From assembly GCA_015059285.1 (NCBI GenBank), contig SVAS01000003.1:2679-66678 (forward strand): a DNA stretch of 64,000 bases, written 5' to 3'. The stretch comes from Bacillota bacterium. Its GTDB lineage: Bacteria; Bacillota_I; Bacilli_A; RF39; UBA660. Of this stretch, positions 10,701 to 20,690 are shown piece by piece. The notes under the pieces are model-generated. The model was not told where the DNA came from, did no database searches, and saw nothing but the letters and a program-made list of their open reading frames with translations. The stretch's first letter is position 1; the number at the start of each line of letters is the position of its first letter. A program made the translations under genes and the position numbers.

Positions 10701-12240
10701 TAACTGTATTATTAAATGTTCCTAAATCATATTTTTTATAAGCCATTTCTAAAAAAGAAACATCAAACTTAGCGTTATGCGCAACCATTGGTAAATCTCC
10801 AAACCAAGCTATAAATCTTTTTATAACTTCTTCTTCATTTGGTTTACCTTCTAACATTTCATTTGTGATATTTGTAACCTCTGTGATACGAGGATTTAAT
10901 TTATGTCCTGGATTAACAAGTTCATTAAATCTATCTATAATTTCACCATTAAGGATTTTTACAGCTCCAACTTCAATGATAGAATCTCCTCCACCAGCAT
11001 TAAAACCTGTTGTTTCAAAATCCCATACAACATAAGTATTATCCATTAAATTAGTATCATTTTCTCTTAATACTATATTTATACTATCATCAATTAAAGT
11101 AAGTTCTGTTCCATATATAGCCTTAAATTTTTCACTTTCTTCTTTACCTTTATTTAAATCACAAATAGTATGATATACATCTGGAAAAGATTGACATCCA
11201 TTATGATCAGTTATAGCTATAGCTTTATGTCCCCATTTATATGCTTGTTTAACTAACGCTTTAGCATCCACTAACCCATCCATTTGACTCATCTTAGTAT
11301 GAGCATGAAGTTCAATTCTTTTTTCTATAGCTTCATCTTTAATAGACACCGTATCTTTTTTTATAGTCATCATATCTCTAACAGATATAACTAATTCCTT
11401 AGAAAACGCATCATTTCTAAGAGAACCTCTAATTAAAAAATCTTTATTATTTTTTAAAGCTTTTTGCAATTTAGAATATTCATCACTATCTCGTTCAAAA
11501 ATCTTACAATAAATACTATCTGTACCATCTGTAACTTTCATAGTAATAATATTAATTTTAGGAGTTTCTTTAAACTCTATACCAAATACACTGGCTTCAA
11601 TAAGCACATTTTCTTCTTCATAAAGTAAGTCCCTAATAGGAGTTGGTGTTCCAGTTATTTCTTTACCTTTAACAACAACATTTTCTGGTTCGTCTTTTTT
11701 TACCACTTTCAAAGTCTCATTTTTAATTTCATTTTCTATTTCTTCTTTTATTTCTTTACTTTTTTCTTCATTAATATTTATTTTTATTTCAATAGTACCA
11801 TAACCAAAAGATTTAAAATCATTTATTAAACGTTTACTAAGACTTTTAATCTTCATTTCTTCTGCTTTATTACTTACTTCTATTATTAAATTATTATCTT
11901 CTAACTTAATATTGCTCCCAATAAACATCTCAAGTAGTGGAAACTCTAAAGCATATCTTTTAATACAATCATCAAAATGAATATTTAAATATTTATCACT
12001 TTTTTCAACTACATTTAAAGTTAACAAAACATCATTAAATGTATTAAAATGTTTTTTTAATAATTCATAAAATTTATAATGAACTTCTATTTCTAAAAAA
12101 TTAGTAAGCGTTATGATAAATTCTACTACATTATTTTTTTTAGATATATTTATTTTATCTAAGTTACCATCTTTAAAATAAATATAATCACTTTCGTCCA
12201 TATTAACTTGTTTTAATAATAGTTCTAACTTATCATGCAT
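7702..12240 (-). CDS. polC: DNA polymerase III PolC-type alpha subunit
   Basis: PHP domain (ELHAHTKMSQMDG), inserted DEDD exonuclease (VVWDFETTGF; HRADYDA), zinc module CPNCKH...CPKCE, polymerase core and C-terminal HhH. The ATG at 12240 preceded by AGGGTGG is preferred to the GTG at 12249. Confidence 0.97.
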   Translation of the reverse strand: MHDKLELLLKQVNMDESDYIYFKDGNLDKINISKKNNVVEFIITLTNFLEIEVHYKFYELLKKHFNTFNDVLLTLNVVEKSDKYLNIHFDDCIKRYALEFPLLEMFIGSNIKLEDNNLIIEVSNKAEEMKIKSLSKRLINDFKSFGYGTIEIKININEEKSKEIKEEIENEIKNETLKVVKKDEPENVVVKGKEITGTPTPIRDLLYEEENVLIEASVFGIEFKETPKINIITMKVTDGTDSIYCKIFERDSDEYSKLQKALKNNKDFLIRGSLRNDAFSKELVISVRDMMTIKKDTVSIKDEAIEKRIELHAHTKMSQMDGLVDAKALVKQAYKWGHKAIAITDHNGCQSFPDVYHTICDLNKGKEESEKFKAIYGTELTLIDDSINIVLRENDTNLMDNTYVVWDFETTGFNAGGGDSIIEVGAVKILNGEIIDRFNELVNPGHKLNPRITEVTNITNEMLEGKPNEEEVIKRFIAWFGDLPMVAHNAKFDVSFLEMAYKKYDLGTFNNTVIDTLELSRTLDNNYARHGLSALVKRYNVPWDENAHHRADYDAEGTALVYHKMMMKLIGQNKTKLSDLNRLVSKDEIHKYGRAFHVNLLVKNKVGLKNLFQIISMANTKYLYKTPRILRSEIDRHREGLLVGSGCYESEVFIEAKSKSEEELTNIINFYDYVEVQPLDSYSHLIDTSDFGSQIELIEHIKKVVNTTKEAGKIIVATGDVHYLTEDDKIYREIIINQKVPGGGRHPLARNNITHLPNNHFRTTNEMLECFNFLSDEIARELVIENPSKIADMCEIIEVIIETGGVPFSPKIDKSVETVTELVYGKASDWYGEPLPFNIEERIAKELYGDGIYNSIKEKMTRENYPEDNFEAESFKRLHEAILKGFDNVKDIIRENLKETNPDLDSSEIEKMMKKNLGGIIGGGFDVIYLIAQKLVKKSNDDGYLVGSRGSVGSSFVATMMGITEVNPLAPHYRCPNCKHSVFDMDGSPLGANYLSGFDLPDLACPKCETNMLKDGNDMPFATFLGFNADKVPDIDLNFSDLNQADAHEYTKVLFGVDNVYRAGTIGTVAEKTAFGFVKGYCEDKGITKRTAEIERLAAGCTGVKRTTGQHPGGIVVVPGYMDVFDFTPFQFPADDPNSAWRTTHFDYHAIDQDLLKLDILGHSDPTQLRMIQDLSHMDITKVPLDDKETMGIFLSPKPLGVTKEQILNETGTLGIPEFGTPFTINLVAETKPTTFAELIKISGLSHGTDVWVGNAQDLIKNNVVPFKEVIGCRDDIMVYLMYKGMKPIKAFKIMEFVRKGKASKDPETWAGFEAEMREAGIEEWYIDSCRKIKYMFPKAHATAYVTSAFRIAYFKVHHPSWFYASWFSTKATDFDIESMIKGYDTIKAKMSEIINKGYDATNKENGILECLRLALEMTARGLKFANIDLNRSDALNFKVDTDNMTLIPPFRTIDGLGDTVAQKIVEERQKGEFLSIEDLQKRGKVSGTLIDKMRSMGILDGMDESSQLSLF

Positions 12241-12323
12241 ACTTACCACCCTACTTAAAATTATACCATTATTTTAATAAAGAATAAAGAAACTTAAAAC
12301 ATTTTAAATCAAATTAGACATAA

Positions 12324-12354
12324 AAAGATATAACTAATTGAAAGTTATATCTTT
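12324..12354 (-). terminator. Hairpin terminator after cca
   Basis: 12-bp stem aaagatataact/agttatatcttt with a 7-nt loop, directly after the cca stop codon. A/T runs flank both sides. Confidence 0.55.
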
Positions 12355-13440
12355 TTATTTATTCTGTATATAATCCTTTAATACTTCTTTTTTATTTTCT
12401 ATATTTTTAACTACAATATTATATTCTAAATCTTCAATAATTTGTTTTAAAAAAGAATTAGGTTTTTTATTTAACAAATCACAAATTTCCTTAGCACTTA
12501 TATCTATTTCTTTTTTATTTGTTATAGGTAAATCATTATATTTTTGATTAATTATTTTTTTATTAATATCTTTTATTTCACCTACAATAGTACTCACATA
12601 AAGTCCATATTTATATAAATTAAATTCATCTAAAACATCTTTATTTAATAGTTCTTTAATTAATTTAATTAAATCTTTTTCATTGTTATTAAATGTATAA
12701 ATTTTTTCAACATCTAGTTGAGCCCATATTCCTAAAATAGATGGTACTATTTTTAAATTTTCTAAGTTAGATAATTCTAAATGTTTATCTAATTTTAATT
12801 CTTTTAAAAGTTTAATACCAACTTCTGCATTACTTGATAAAAATAGTTTTTCTAATTCTTCTTTTTTTCTAAAATATGATAAATCTTTTAAAAGATAACC
12901 ATATTTTTTTATATATTTTTTTAATTTAGGATCTAATTCAAAATTTAAAATAGTCGCAAATCTAATTGCTCTTAAAATACGTAAAGCATCTTCTTTTAGT
13001 TTATATCTAGGATTACCTACCATTTTAATTATTTTATCATCTATATCACATCTACCATTTAATAAATCTATAATATTACCATCTTGATCTATACAAAGAG
13101 TATTAATTGTAAAATCTCTTCTTTTTAAATCTTCTATTAAGCTATTTATATATTTTATTTTAACTGGTAAACGATGATTTTCATATTTTATATCTTTTCT
13201 AAATGTCGTTATTTCAAATCTTACTTTATGATAAATTACTGTAACTGAACCGTATTCAACATTCGGTAACATACTATCTTTAAATATTTCTTTTAACTGT
13301 TTAGGGGTTGCATTAGTACATACATCTATATCAGTTGTTTTTCTATCCAAAATTAAATCTCTAGTATAGCCACCTACAATATAAGCTTGAAATCCATTAT
13401 CAGTTAGTTTATGAAGTAATTTTAGCGCTATATTATACAT
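12355..13440 (-). CDS. cca: CCA-adding tRNA nucleotidyltransferase
   Basis: GGYTRDLILDRKTTDIDV head-domain motif and RRDFTINT. The ATG at 13440 is preceded by AGGAGGAAAA. Confidence 0.9.
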   Translation of the reverse strand: MYNIALKLLHKLTDNGFQAYIVGGYTRDLILDRKTTDIDVCTNATPKQLKEIFKDSMLPNVEYGSVTVIYHKVRFEITTFRKDIKYENHRLPVKIKYINSLIEDLKRRDFTINTLCIDQDGNIIDLLNGRCDIDDKIIKMVGNPRYKLKEDALRILRAIRFATILNFELDPKLKKYIKKYGYLLKDLSYFRKKEELEKLFLSSNAEVGIKLLKELKLDKHLELSNLENLKIVPSILGIWAQLDVEKIYTFNNNEKDLIKLIKELLNKDVLDEFNLYKYGLYVSTIVGEIKDINKKIINQKYNDLPITNKKEIDISAKEICDLLNKKPNSFLKQIIEDLEYNIVVKNIENKKEVLKDYIQNK

Positions 13441-13458
13441 TTTTCCTCCTTTACGCAA

Positions 13459-13479
13459 GAAAAAAAGGCTTATGCCTTT
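13459..13479 (-). terminator. Terminator after hup
   Basis: Stem aaaggc/gccttt with loop ttat, followed on the minus strand by a T-run. It abuts the hup stop codon. Confidence 0.55.
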
Positions 13480-13751
13480 TAGTTTAAAGCGTCTTTTAAT
13501 TTAGAACCAGCTTTGATAACAACTGCAGTTCTTGCAGGAATGTTAACAGCAGCACCAGTTCTTGGGTTACGTCCAACTTTAGCTTCTTTTTCTTTAGTAG
13601 CGAAAGTACAGAACCCTGTTAAAGTTACTTTTCCTTCTTCTTTTAATCCTTTTGTAATTCCACTGATTGCAGCTTCTAATGCACGAGATGCATCTGCTTT
13701 TGTTAAACCAGCTTCTTCAGCAATATAAGTTACTAAATCTGTTTTTGACAT
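13479..13751 (-). CDS. hup: HU family DNA-binding protein
   Basis: 90 aa. MSKTDLV...GFGTF-like core and the RNPRTGAAVNIPA arm motif. Confidence 0.95.
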   Translation of the reverse strand: MSKTDLVTYIAEEAGLTKADASRALEAAISGITKGLKEEGKVTLTGFCTFATKEKEAKVGRNPRTGAAVNIPARTAVVIKAGSKLKDALN

Positions 13752-13894
13752 TTCTATTTACCTCCTATTTTGTCATAAGCTATCTTGCCTACAATTAAAG
13801 AATATCATTTTTTATATATAAATGCAATATATTTTAATAATTTTTTTGATTTTTTCCTTTATTTTTAAGAAAAAAACGGCTTTTTTTGCCATTT

Positions 13895-15643
13895 TTATCT
13901 AATCTTAATATGCACATCTCTTAATTGTTGTTCAGTAATTTCACTAGGAGAGCCCATCATAACATCTTGAGCATTACTATTCATAGGGAATGCAATAACT
14001 TCTCTAATGTTTGGTTCATCACATAAAAGCATAATCATTCTATCTACACCTGGTGCCATTCCTGCATGAGGAGGAGCTCCAAAATGGAATGCACTATATA
14101 AAGATTTAAATCTTGTTTTTAGTTCTTCTTCTTTATATCCAGCTATTTCAAAAGCTTTAGTCATAATATTTATATCATGGTTACGAACAGCACCACTAGA
14201 TAGTTCCACACCATTTACAACAATATCATATTGATAAGCTAAAATATCTTCTGGTTTTTTATTTAAAAGACTTTCCATACCACCTTGTGGCATTGAGAAT
14301 GGATTATGTGTGAATATATATTGTTCTAATTCTTCATCATATTCATACATTGGAAAATCCACAATAAAACAGAATTCAAATTTATTTGGATTTATTAAAT
14401 CTAATTTACGACCTAATTCATTTCTTATTTGTCCCGCAAAAGAAGCAGCTTTTAATTCTTTTCTATCAGCAATAAAGAAAAGCACACTTCCAACTTCTAA
14501 TTGAGCTTTATTAATTAAACTCATTCTTTCTTCATCTGTTAAGAATTTATCAATAGGACCTTTAAATGCATTTCCTTCTTCTACTGTAATATACCCAATA
14601 CCTGGCATACCAATACTACTTGCATAATCTACTAATTCATTAAACCATGAATTTGATTTAGAAGCTATACCATCTACTTTAATTCCACGAACTATAGATT
14701 TTTGGAATGGTTTAAAAGTAGTATCTTTAAATTCTTCTGTTAAATCAATAATTTCTAATGGATTTCTTAAATCTGGTTTATCTGTTCCATATTTTAACAT
14801 AGCTTCTTTAAATGGTATTTTTCTAAATGGTTTTGGACTAACTTCTTTAGTACTAAATTTAGTAAATGTATCATATAATACTTCTTCAGCAACTTCATAT
14901 ACATCTTCTGCTTCCGCAAAAGCCATTTCAAAATCTAATTGATAAAATTCACCTGGAGCTCTATCGCTTCTAGCATCTTCATCTCTAAAACAAGGCGCTA
15001 TTTGGAAATATCTATCAAATCCTGATACCATTAATAATTGTTTAAAGATTTGAGGAGCTTGAGGTAAAGCATAAAATTTACCATGATGTTTTCTAGATGG
15101 AACTACATAATCCCTAGCTCCTTCTGGTGATGATGCGGTTAAAATAGGAGTTTGAATTTCTTTAAATCCTAAATCATACATTTTATCTCTTAAAAATTTA
15201 ATTACTTCTGCTCTAAAAATAATGTTATTATGTACTTTTTCATTTCTTAAATCTAAGTAACGATATTTTAATCTAACTTCTTCATTTACATTAGTAGATG
15301 TCATTACTTCAAATGGAAGTTCATTTGGTGCTTTACTTAAAATTTCTAAAGAGCTTACTAATACTTCAATTGTACCTGTAGCAATATGATCATTATAATC
15401 TTCTTCATTTCTTTTTCTAACAGTACCAACTACTTTAATTACAGTTTCACGAGTGAGTCCATTAAACATACTATCTTCATTACTTACTAATTGAACAGTT
15501 CCTGTTTCATCTCTTAAATCAACAAATACAATTCCACCATGATCTCTTATATTAGAAATCCAACCTGAAATTAGTATTTCAGTTGAAATATCTGAATCAT
15601 TTATTTTTCCACAGTAATGACTTCTATATATATTCTTTTTCAT
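13895..15643 (-). CDS. aspS: Aspartyl-tRNA synthetase (bacterial type)
   Basis: OB-fold N-terminus, motif 2 FRDEDARSDRAPGEFYQLDFEM, GAD insertion, motif 3 GAPPHAGMAPGVDRM. Confidence 0.95.
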   Translation of the reverse strand: MKKNIYRSHYCGKINDSDISTEILISGWISNIRDHGGIVFVDLRDETGTVQLVSNEDSMFNGLTRETVIKVVGTVRKRNEEDYNDHIATGTIEVLVSSLEILSKAPNELPFEVMTSTNVNEEVRLKYRYLDLRNEKVHNNIIFRAEVIKFLRDKMYDLGFKEIQTPILTASSPEGARDYVVPSRKHHGKFYALPQAPQIFKQLLMVSGFDRYFQIAPCFRDEDARSDRAPGEFYQLDFEMAFAEAEDVYEVAEEVLYDTFTKFSTKEVSPKPFRKIPFKEAMLKYGTDKPDLRNPLEIIDLTEEFKDTTFKPFQKSIVRGIKVDGIASKSNSWFNELVDYASSIGMPGIGYITVEEGNAFKGPIDKFLTDEERMSLINKAQLEVGSVLFFIADRKELKAASFAGQIRNELGRKLDLINPNKFEFCFIVDFPMYEYDEELEQYIFTHNPFSMPQGGMESLLNKKPEDILAYQYDIVVNGVELSSGAVRNHDINIMTKAFEIAGYKEEELKTRFKSLYSAFHFGAPPHAGMAPGVDRMIMLLCDEPNIREVIAFPMNSNAQDVMMGSPSEITEQQLRDVHIKIR

Positions 15644-15654
15644 AAAATCCTCCT

Positions 15655-17037
15655 TTAAAAATCACAATTTTTAGGTGTACGAGGAAAAGGTATTACATCT
15701 CTAATATTTTCAACACCAGTTAAATATATTAGTAATCTTTCAAAGCCCATACCAAATCCACTATGAATACATCCACCAAATTTTCTTAAATTACAGAACC
15801 AATCAATAGGCTCTTTATCAACACCTAATTCATTTATTCTTTCTAACAATTTATCATAATTTTCTTCTCTTTGAGAACCACCCATAAGTTCTCCTGCTCC
15901 TGGTACTTCTAAGTCAACAGCCGCAACTGTTTTTAAATCATCATTTACTTTCATATACCAAGCTTTTATATCTTTAGGCCAATCAGTAATAAATACAGGA
16001 CCATTAAAATATTTAGTAATATAATGTTCATGTTCTTTTGCTATATCAGATTCATAACTAGGTTCAAACTCCCAGTTAATATCTACTTTATTTAATATAT
16101 CAACAACATCATGATGAGTAATTCTAACAAATTTAGAATTGACTAATTTAGTTAGTTTTTCAATTAAGCCATTTTCTACAAATTTATCAAAAAATTCAAG
16201 TTCATTTGGGCATTTTTCTAATACATAATTAACAATAAACTTTAACATTTCTTCTTCAATATCCATAAGTTTATTTATATCACAGAATGCTATTTCTGGT
16301 TCAATCATCCAAAATTCATTAGCATGTGTTTTTGTATTAGAGTTTTCTGTTCTAAAAGTAGGACCAAAAGTATAAATCTTTTTATAAGCCATAGCATATG
16401 CTTCACCATGAAGTTGACCAGTTCCTGTAACATATGCTTTTTTACCAAATAAATCTTTTGACATATCAACTTTATTATCTAAGATAGGTAAATTATTCAT
16501 ATTTAAAGTTGTTATTTTAAACATTTGATCTGAACCTTCACAATCTGTTGTTGTTATTAATGGTGTATGAACATATACATAACCATGTGATTGGAAATAT
16601 TCATGAATAGCCATAGCAGCAACACTTCTTACTCTAAAGATAGCTCCAAAAAGATTAGTATGAGGTCTAAGATGGGCAACTTCTCTTAAAAATTCTCGAG
16701 TATGTCTTTTTGGTTGGATTGGATAATCTTCTGGACAATCTCCTTCTAGAGTTATTGATTTAACTTTAATTTCAAAAGCTTGATCTTCCCTTAATGATTT
16801 AATTAATGTTCCAACTACTGTAATAGCACTTCCAATATGAAGTTTACTAATATCTTCAAAATCTTTTAAACTATTATCATAAACTAGTTGAACTCCTTTA
16901 AAACAAGTACCATCATTAAAATCAATAAAACCTATTTCTTTTTGTTTACGATGATTTCTAATCCATCCTTGTAAAGTTATATCTTGATCAAATAACTCAT
17001 TATAACTTTCATATACCTCTTTTAAATCTTTCAGCAT
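15655..17037 (-). CDS. asnS: Asparaginyl-tRNA synthetase
   Basis: FGPTFRTENSNTKTHANEFWMIEPE and HSGFGMGFERL motifs. The 460-aa length fits AsnRS. Confidence 0.9.
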   Translation of the reverse strand: MLKDLKEVYESYNELFDQDITLQGWIRNHRKQKEIGFIDFNDGTCFKGVQLVYDNSLKDFEDISKLHIGSAITVVGTLIKSLREDQAFEIKVKSITLEGDCPEDYPIQPKRHTREFLREVAHLRPHTNLFGAIFRVRSVAAMAIHEYFQSHGYVYVHTPLITTTDCEGSDQMFKITTLNMNNLPILDNKVDMSKDLFGKKAYVTGTGQLHGEAYAMAYKKIYTFGPTFRTENSNTKTHANEFWMIEPEIAFCDINKLMDIEEEMLKFIVNYVLEKCPNELEFFDKFVENGLIEKLTKLVNSKFVRITHHDVVDILNKVDINWEFEPSYESDIAKEHEHYITKYFNGPVFITDWPKDIKAWYMKVNDDLKTVAAVDLEVPGAGELMGGSQREENYDKLLERINELGVDKEPIDWFCNLRKFGGCIHSGFGMGFERLLIYLTGVENIRDVIPFPRTPKNCDF

Positions 17038-17045
17038 ATATTCAC

Positions 17046-18503
17046 CTATCTTTTTTCAATTTCTTCTTTTATTATTTTAGCTGTTAAACTAGGGTTTGCT
17101 TTTCCTCTAGTTTGTTTCATAACTTGACCTACAAAGAAATCAAATACATTTCTGCCTTTTCTATATTCTTCTATTAAATCTAAATGTTCATCAATAATTG
17201 AAATAACTATTGGTCTAATAGTATCTTCATCCCCTATTTGTTCTAAACCTAATTCTTTAACTATAATAGCGGGTTCTTTTTTATCATCTAACACTTTATA
17301 TAAAACTTCTTTCCCTTGTTTAGAAGATATTTTACCGCTTTCAATTAATTTCATTAAATCTACTAACATTTGAGGTGTTAAGAAAATATCTTTAATATCT
17401 AAATCATATTTGTTTAAATGACCTAAAATAACACTAGTAAGCCAGTTAGCACTACTTTTAGGATTAGCTCCTAATTTAATAGTTTCTTCAAAATAATCAG
17501 ATACTGCTTTTTCTTTAACTAATACAGTAGCATCATAACTAGATAAATTATAATCTCTTACATACATTTCTTTTCTTTGTAAAGCAAACATTGGAATATC
17601 TTTTTTTATCTCTTCTATCCAATTAGGATCAATTTTAAATTTAGGAATATTTGGTTCAACAAAGTATTTATAATCAATAGCATCTACTTTACTACGCATG
17701 TAGATTGTAGACATACTAGCTTCATCCCAACGTCTTGTTTGTTGTTCCATTTCATCATATTTATTTGTTTCTTTTAATTCAATTTGTCTTTCAATTTCAT
17801 AATTAATTGCATCTCTTACTCCACTAAATGAGTTAACATTCTTTATTTCAACTTTAGTGCCCCAATTATTTTCATCAGTTTCATCTAAAGCAGCATCCAT
17901 AATAGAAACGTTAACATCACATCTTATTTGTCCTTTTCTACTATCAGCTTCAGAAATAGCTGCATATCTATAAATACTACGCATTGCTTCTAAGAAAGAA
18001 ACTGCCTCATCAGCACTATGAAAATCTGGGTATGTAACTAACTCTAAAAGAGGAACACCAGCTCTATTATAATCGATTGTTGAATAAACTGTATGATGAT
18101 CAGTAGATGCTGCATCTTCTTCTAAGTGAATGTTATTAATTCTAACTGTTTTTAATTCATCATTACATTCATATGTTAACTCTCCATATATACCAATTGG
18201 TGCTGGTTTAGTTTCTTGGGTAATTTGAAAACCTTTAGGTAAATCTGGATAATAATAGTTTTTTCTTTCAAAATATAAATATTCAGGTTGACTACAATTT
18301 AAAGCAATACTAGCCATCAAAGCTTTTCTTACTGCTTCCTTGTTAACAACTGGAAGAGTACCAGGGAAACCCATATCAACAGGTCTTATATTTGCATTTG
18401 GAGTATCATTAAAAGTATTGGCTGCACCTGAAAAAACTTTAGTATTAGTTTCACTAATTTCACAGTGCATTTCTAATCCAATAAGTACTTTATATTTATC
18501 CAC
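17046..18503 (-). CDS. gatB: Asp/Glu-tRNA amidotransferase subunit B
   Basis: LIGLEMHCEI N-terminus, cradle domain and YqeY-like tail. It overlaps gatA by 8 nt. Confidence 0.95.
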   Translation of the reverse strand: MDKYKVLIGLEMHCEISETNTKVFSGAANTFNDTPNANIRPVDMGFPGTLPVVNKEAVRKALMASIALNCSQPEYLYFERKNYYYPDLPKGFQITQETKPAPIGIYGELTYECNDELKTVRINNIHLEEDAASTDHHTVYSTIDYNRAGVPLLELVTYPDFHSADEAVSFLEAMRSIYRYAAISEADSRKGQIRCDVNVSIMDAALDETDENNWGTKVEIKNVNSFSGVRDAINYEIERQIELKETNKYDEMEQQTRRWDEASMSTIYMRSKVDAIDYKYFVEPNIPKFKIDPNWIEEIKKDIPMFALQRKEMYVRDYNLSSYDATVLVKEKAVSDYFEETIKLGANPKSSANWLTSVILGHLNKYDLDIKDIFLTPQMLVDLMKLIESGKISSKQGKEVLYKVLDDKKEPAIIVKELGLEQIGDEDTIRPIVISIIDEHLDLIEEYRKGRNVFDFFVGQVMKQTRGKANPSLTAKIIKEEIEKR

Positions 18504-19959
18504 GATATACCTCCTTTGCGATTTGGTTTTTATATTCCATATTACTTTCTAGACTATAAGCAATACTTAAAACATTAACGTCATCATAACAATTACCTGT
18601 AATATTAATTCCAACAGGAAGTTCATTTACAAATCCATTAGGAATAGTAATTGAAGGAAAACCACCAAAATTACCTATTTGTAATTGTTCATCTAAAGCT
18701 ATAGTATTAGTATCATATACTTTATTTAAATCTTCTAACTTTTTAGCAGGACCAATTCCTACAGGAGAAATAACAGCATCATATGTTTCAAATAACTTTT
18801 TCCAAGTGTCTACAAGTAATCTTCTAGCTCTTTGAGCATTATTAAAGTATCTTTCTTTATTTTCTTTTTGTAATACATAAGATCCTATTACAAAACGACG
18901 TTTAATAAGTGGTGAAAAACCATTAGTACGATGATCTTTCATCATATCAATATAGTTTTTACCTTCTCCCCTTGGACCAAAAATAATACCTGTTAAGTTA
19001 CTCATATTACTTGATGCTTCTGCGGAATGAATAACTACATAAACACTATATGAAGCATTAAGTAAAGTTCTATCTACACTCACTTCTTCTACTTCCATAC
19101 CTAATTCCTTGCACTTTTCAATAGTTTTGTGGAAGTTTTCTAAATGAGCTTTTAATTCACTATCAGCATTTGGATAATTAGAAATATCACATAATTCTTT
19201 TACATAACACAACTTTTTACCTTTAGGATTATTTTCAATACTTTCATATAAATTGATATTACTAGAATCCCAAGAAGTCATATCATTTTTATCGATACCT
19301 TTCATGTTATCAACAACAATAGCAGCATCTTTAACAGTACGAGCTAAAACTCCACAATGATCTAAACTTGAAGCAAAAGGAAATACACCATATCTTGAAA
19401 TCATTCCATAAGTTGGTTTATAACCCACAATACCACAGTAAGCCGCTGGTTTTCTAATAGAATCTCCAGTATCTGTTCCAAGTGCATATGGATAAACTCC
19501 TGCTGCAACTGCTGCTGCACTACCAGAAGAAGATCCTGCACAAATTCTTGTAGTATCCCAAGGGTTTAATACTATTCCAGTATGACCTGTAGTTCCAGTT
19601 CCACCCATACCAAATTCATCCATAACTGTTTTATTAACTTTTACTGCTCCTGCTTTATCTAAGTTTTCAATAGCAGTTGCATTAAAAAATGGAACATAAT
19701 CCTTTAAAGTGTTAGAAGAACCAGTTGTTAAAATACCTTTAGTACTATAATTATCCTTTACACCATAAGGAATTCCTGAAAGTAAATTATCAGTTACTTC
19801 TACTTCTTTCGCTTCATCCATAATTGTTACAAAAGCATTACATTTATCTTGAAGCTCATGTGATTTTTTTAAAGATTCTTCTATTAATTCTTTAACTGTA
19901 ACTTCACCATTTTTTAAAGCTTCATGTATTTCTTCAATTGTTTTACTCATATATTCCAT
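18496..19959 (-). CDS. gatA: Asp/Glu-tRNA amidotransferase subunit A
   Basis: Amidase signature CAGSSSGSAAAVAAG and GTDTGDSIRKPA. Confidence 0.95.
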   Translation of the reverse strand: MEYMSKTIEEIHEALKNGEVTVKELIEESLKKSHELQDKCNAFVTIMDEAKEVEVTDNLLSGIPYGVKDNYSTKGILTTGSSNTLKDYVPFFNATAIENLDKAGAVKVNKTVMDEFGMGGTGTTGHTGIVLNPWDTTRICAGSSSGSAAAVAAGVYPYALGTDTGDSIRKPAAYCGIVGYKPTYGMISRYGVFPFASSLDHCGVLARTVKDAAIVVDNMKGIDKNDMTSWDSSNINLYESIENNPKGKKLCYVKELCDISNYPNADSELKAHLENFHKTIEKCKELGMEVEEVSVDRTLLNASYSVYVVIHSAEASSNMSNLTGIIFGPRGEGKNYIDMMKDHRTNGFSPLIKRRFVIGSYVLQKENKERYFNNAQRARRLLVDTWKKLFETYDAVISPVGIGPAKKLEDLNKVYDTNTIALDEQLQIGNFGGFPSITIPNGFVNELPVGINITGNCYDDVNVLSIAYSLESNMEYKNQIAKEVYRG

Positions 19960-19960
19960 A

Positions 19961-20257
19961 TTATTCCACCACCTTTGGTACTTTTACTTCTCTATCTAAT
20001 TTAGAATCACAATTTTGAAGTAATTCATCAATATCAACAGACTCTTCTACAATATCTTCTCTTAAAACATATTCAAAATCATCTAAACAATGTGTCATTG
20101 GTTCAACGCTTTCAATATTTGGTATCTCATTAATTAAATCAATTTCTTTATCAATTGCTTCAAATTCACTAAGAACCATTTCAACTTCATCTTCTTTTAA
20201 ACCAATTAATAGTTTATCAGCATAACTAACTACCATTTCTTGTGTAAATTTTTTCAT
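19961..20257 (-). CDS. gatC: Asp/Glu-tRNA amidotransferase subunit C
   Basis: Small acidic protein directly upstream of gatA. The ATG at 20257 is preceded by AAGGAGGA. The ORF-track start at 20293 is a TTG inside the leader terminator. Confidence 0.85.
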   Translation of the reverse strand: MKKFTQEMVVSYADKLLIGLKEDEVEMVLSEFEAIDKEIDLINEIPNIESVEPMTHCLDDFEYVLREDIVEESVDIDELLQNCDSKLDREVKVPKVVE

Positions 20258-20280
20258 AATATCCTCCTTTATACTAAAAA

Positions 20281-20537
20281 AAACAGTATTCAAAATCCCA
20301 ATTGGGACGAATTACTGTTGTATCCGCGGTACCACCCATATTATTATATTTTCATATAATCGCTTTACGACCTATCAGTCTAGTAATTTGATAACGGATT
20401 ACTTCCGAAATAGCCTACTACCATTTCAGCCATTTAGCTCATAAGTGTTCTTCATAATAATCTTAATTGTTAGCTCCCACCATACCTAACTCGCTTTAAT
20501 CAGTGGTTATTATTACTTTTCTTCCTCGTCGCTTGTG
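20281..20537 (-). promoter_or_regulatory. T-box leader (candidate tRNA-Asn specifier AAC) controlling gatCAB-asnS-aspS
   Basis: Minus-strand TGGGTGGTACCGCG (plus 20325-20338). Specifier loop AGTA ... GAAG-AAC-A, with AAC at plus 20447-20449 in the same geometry as the serS leader. A terminator hairpin (ACAGTA..TCCCAATTGGGA..TACTGT) plus T7 lies just before the gatC RBS. Confidence 0.8.
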
Positions 20538-20543
20538 TCTTTA

Positions 20544-20572
20544 ATTATAAAGTATTGACATAATTTTGTCAA
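20544..20572 (-). promoter_or_regulatory. Sigma-A-type promoter of the gat leader
   Basis: Perfect TTGACA (20567-20572), a 17-nt spacer, and TATAAT (20544-20549) on the minus strand. Confidence 0.75.
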
Positions 20573-20609
20573 TATATATAAAAAACTTCCTAAGAAGTTT
20601 ATTTTTAAA

Positions 20610-20685
20610 TGGCGCCTAATGTAGGACTCGAACCTACGACCTATCGGTTAACAGCCGAGTGCTCTACCGACTGAGCTAATTAGGC
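20610..20685 (-). tRNA. tRNA-Asn (GUU), CCA encoded
   Basis: The 76-nt minus-strand sequence GCCTAATTAGCTCAGTCGGTAGAGCACTCGGCTGTTAACCGATAGGTCGTAGGTTCGAGTCCTACATTAGGCGCCA folds as a cloverleaf with anticodon loop CTGTTAA. Confidence 0.93.
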
Positions 20686-20690
20686 ATCAC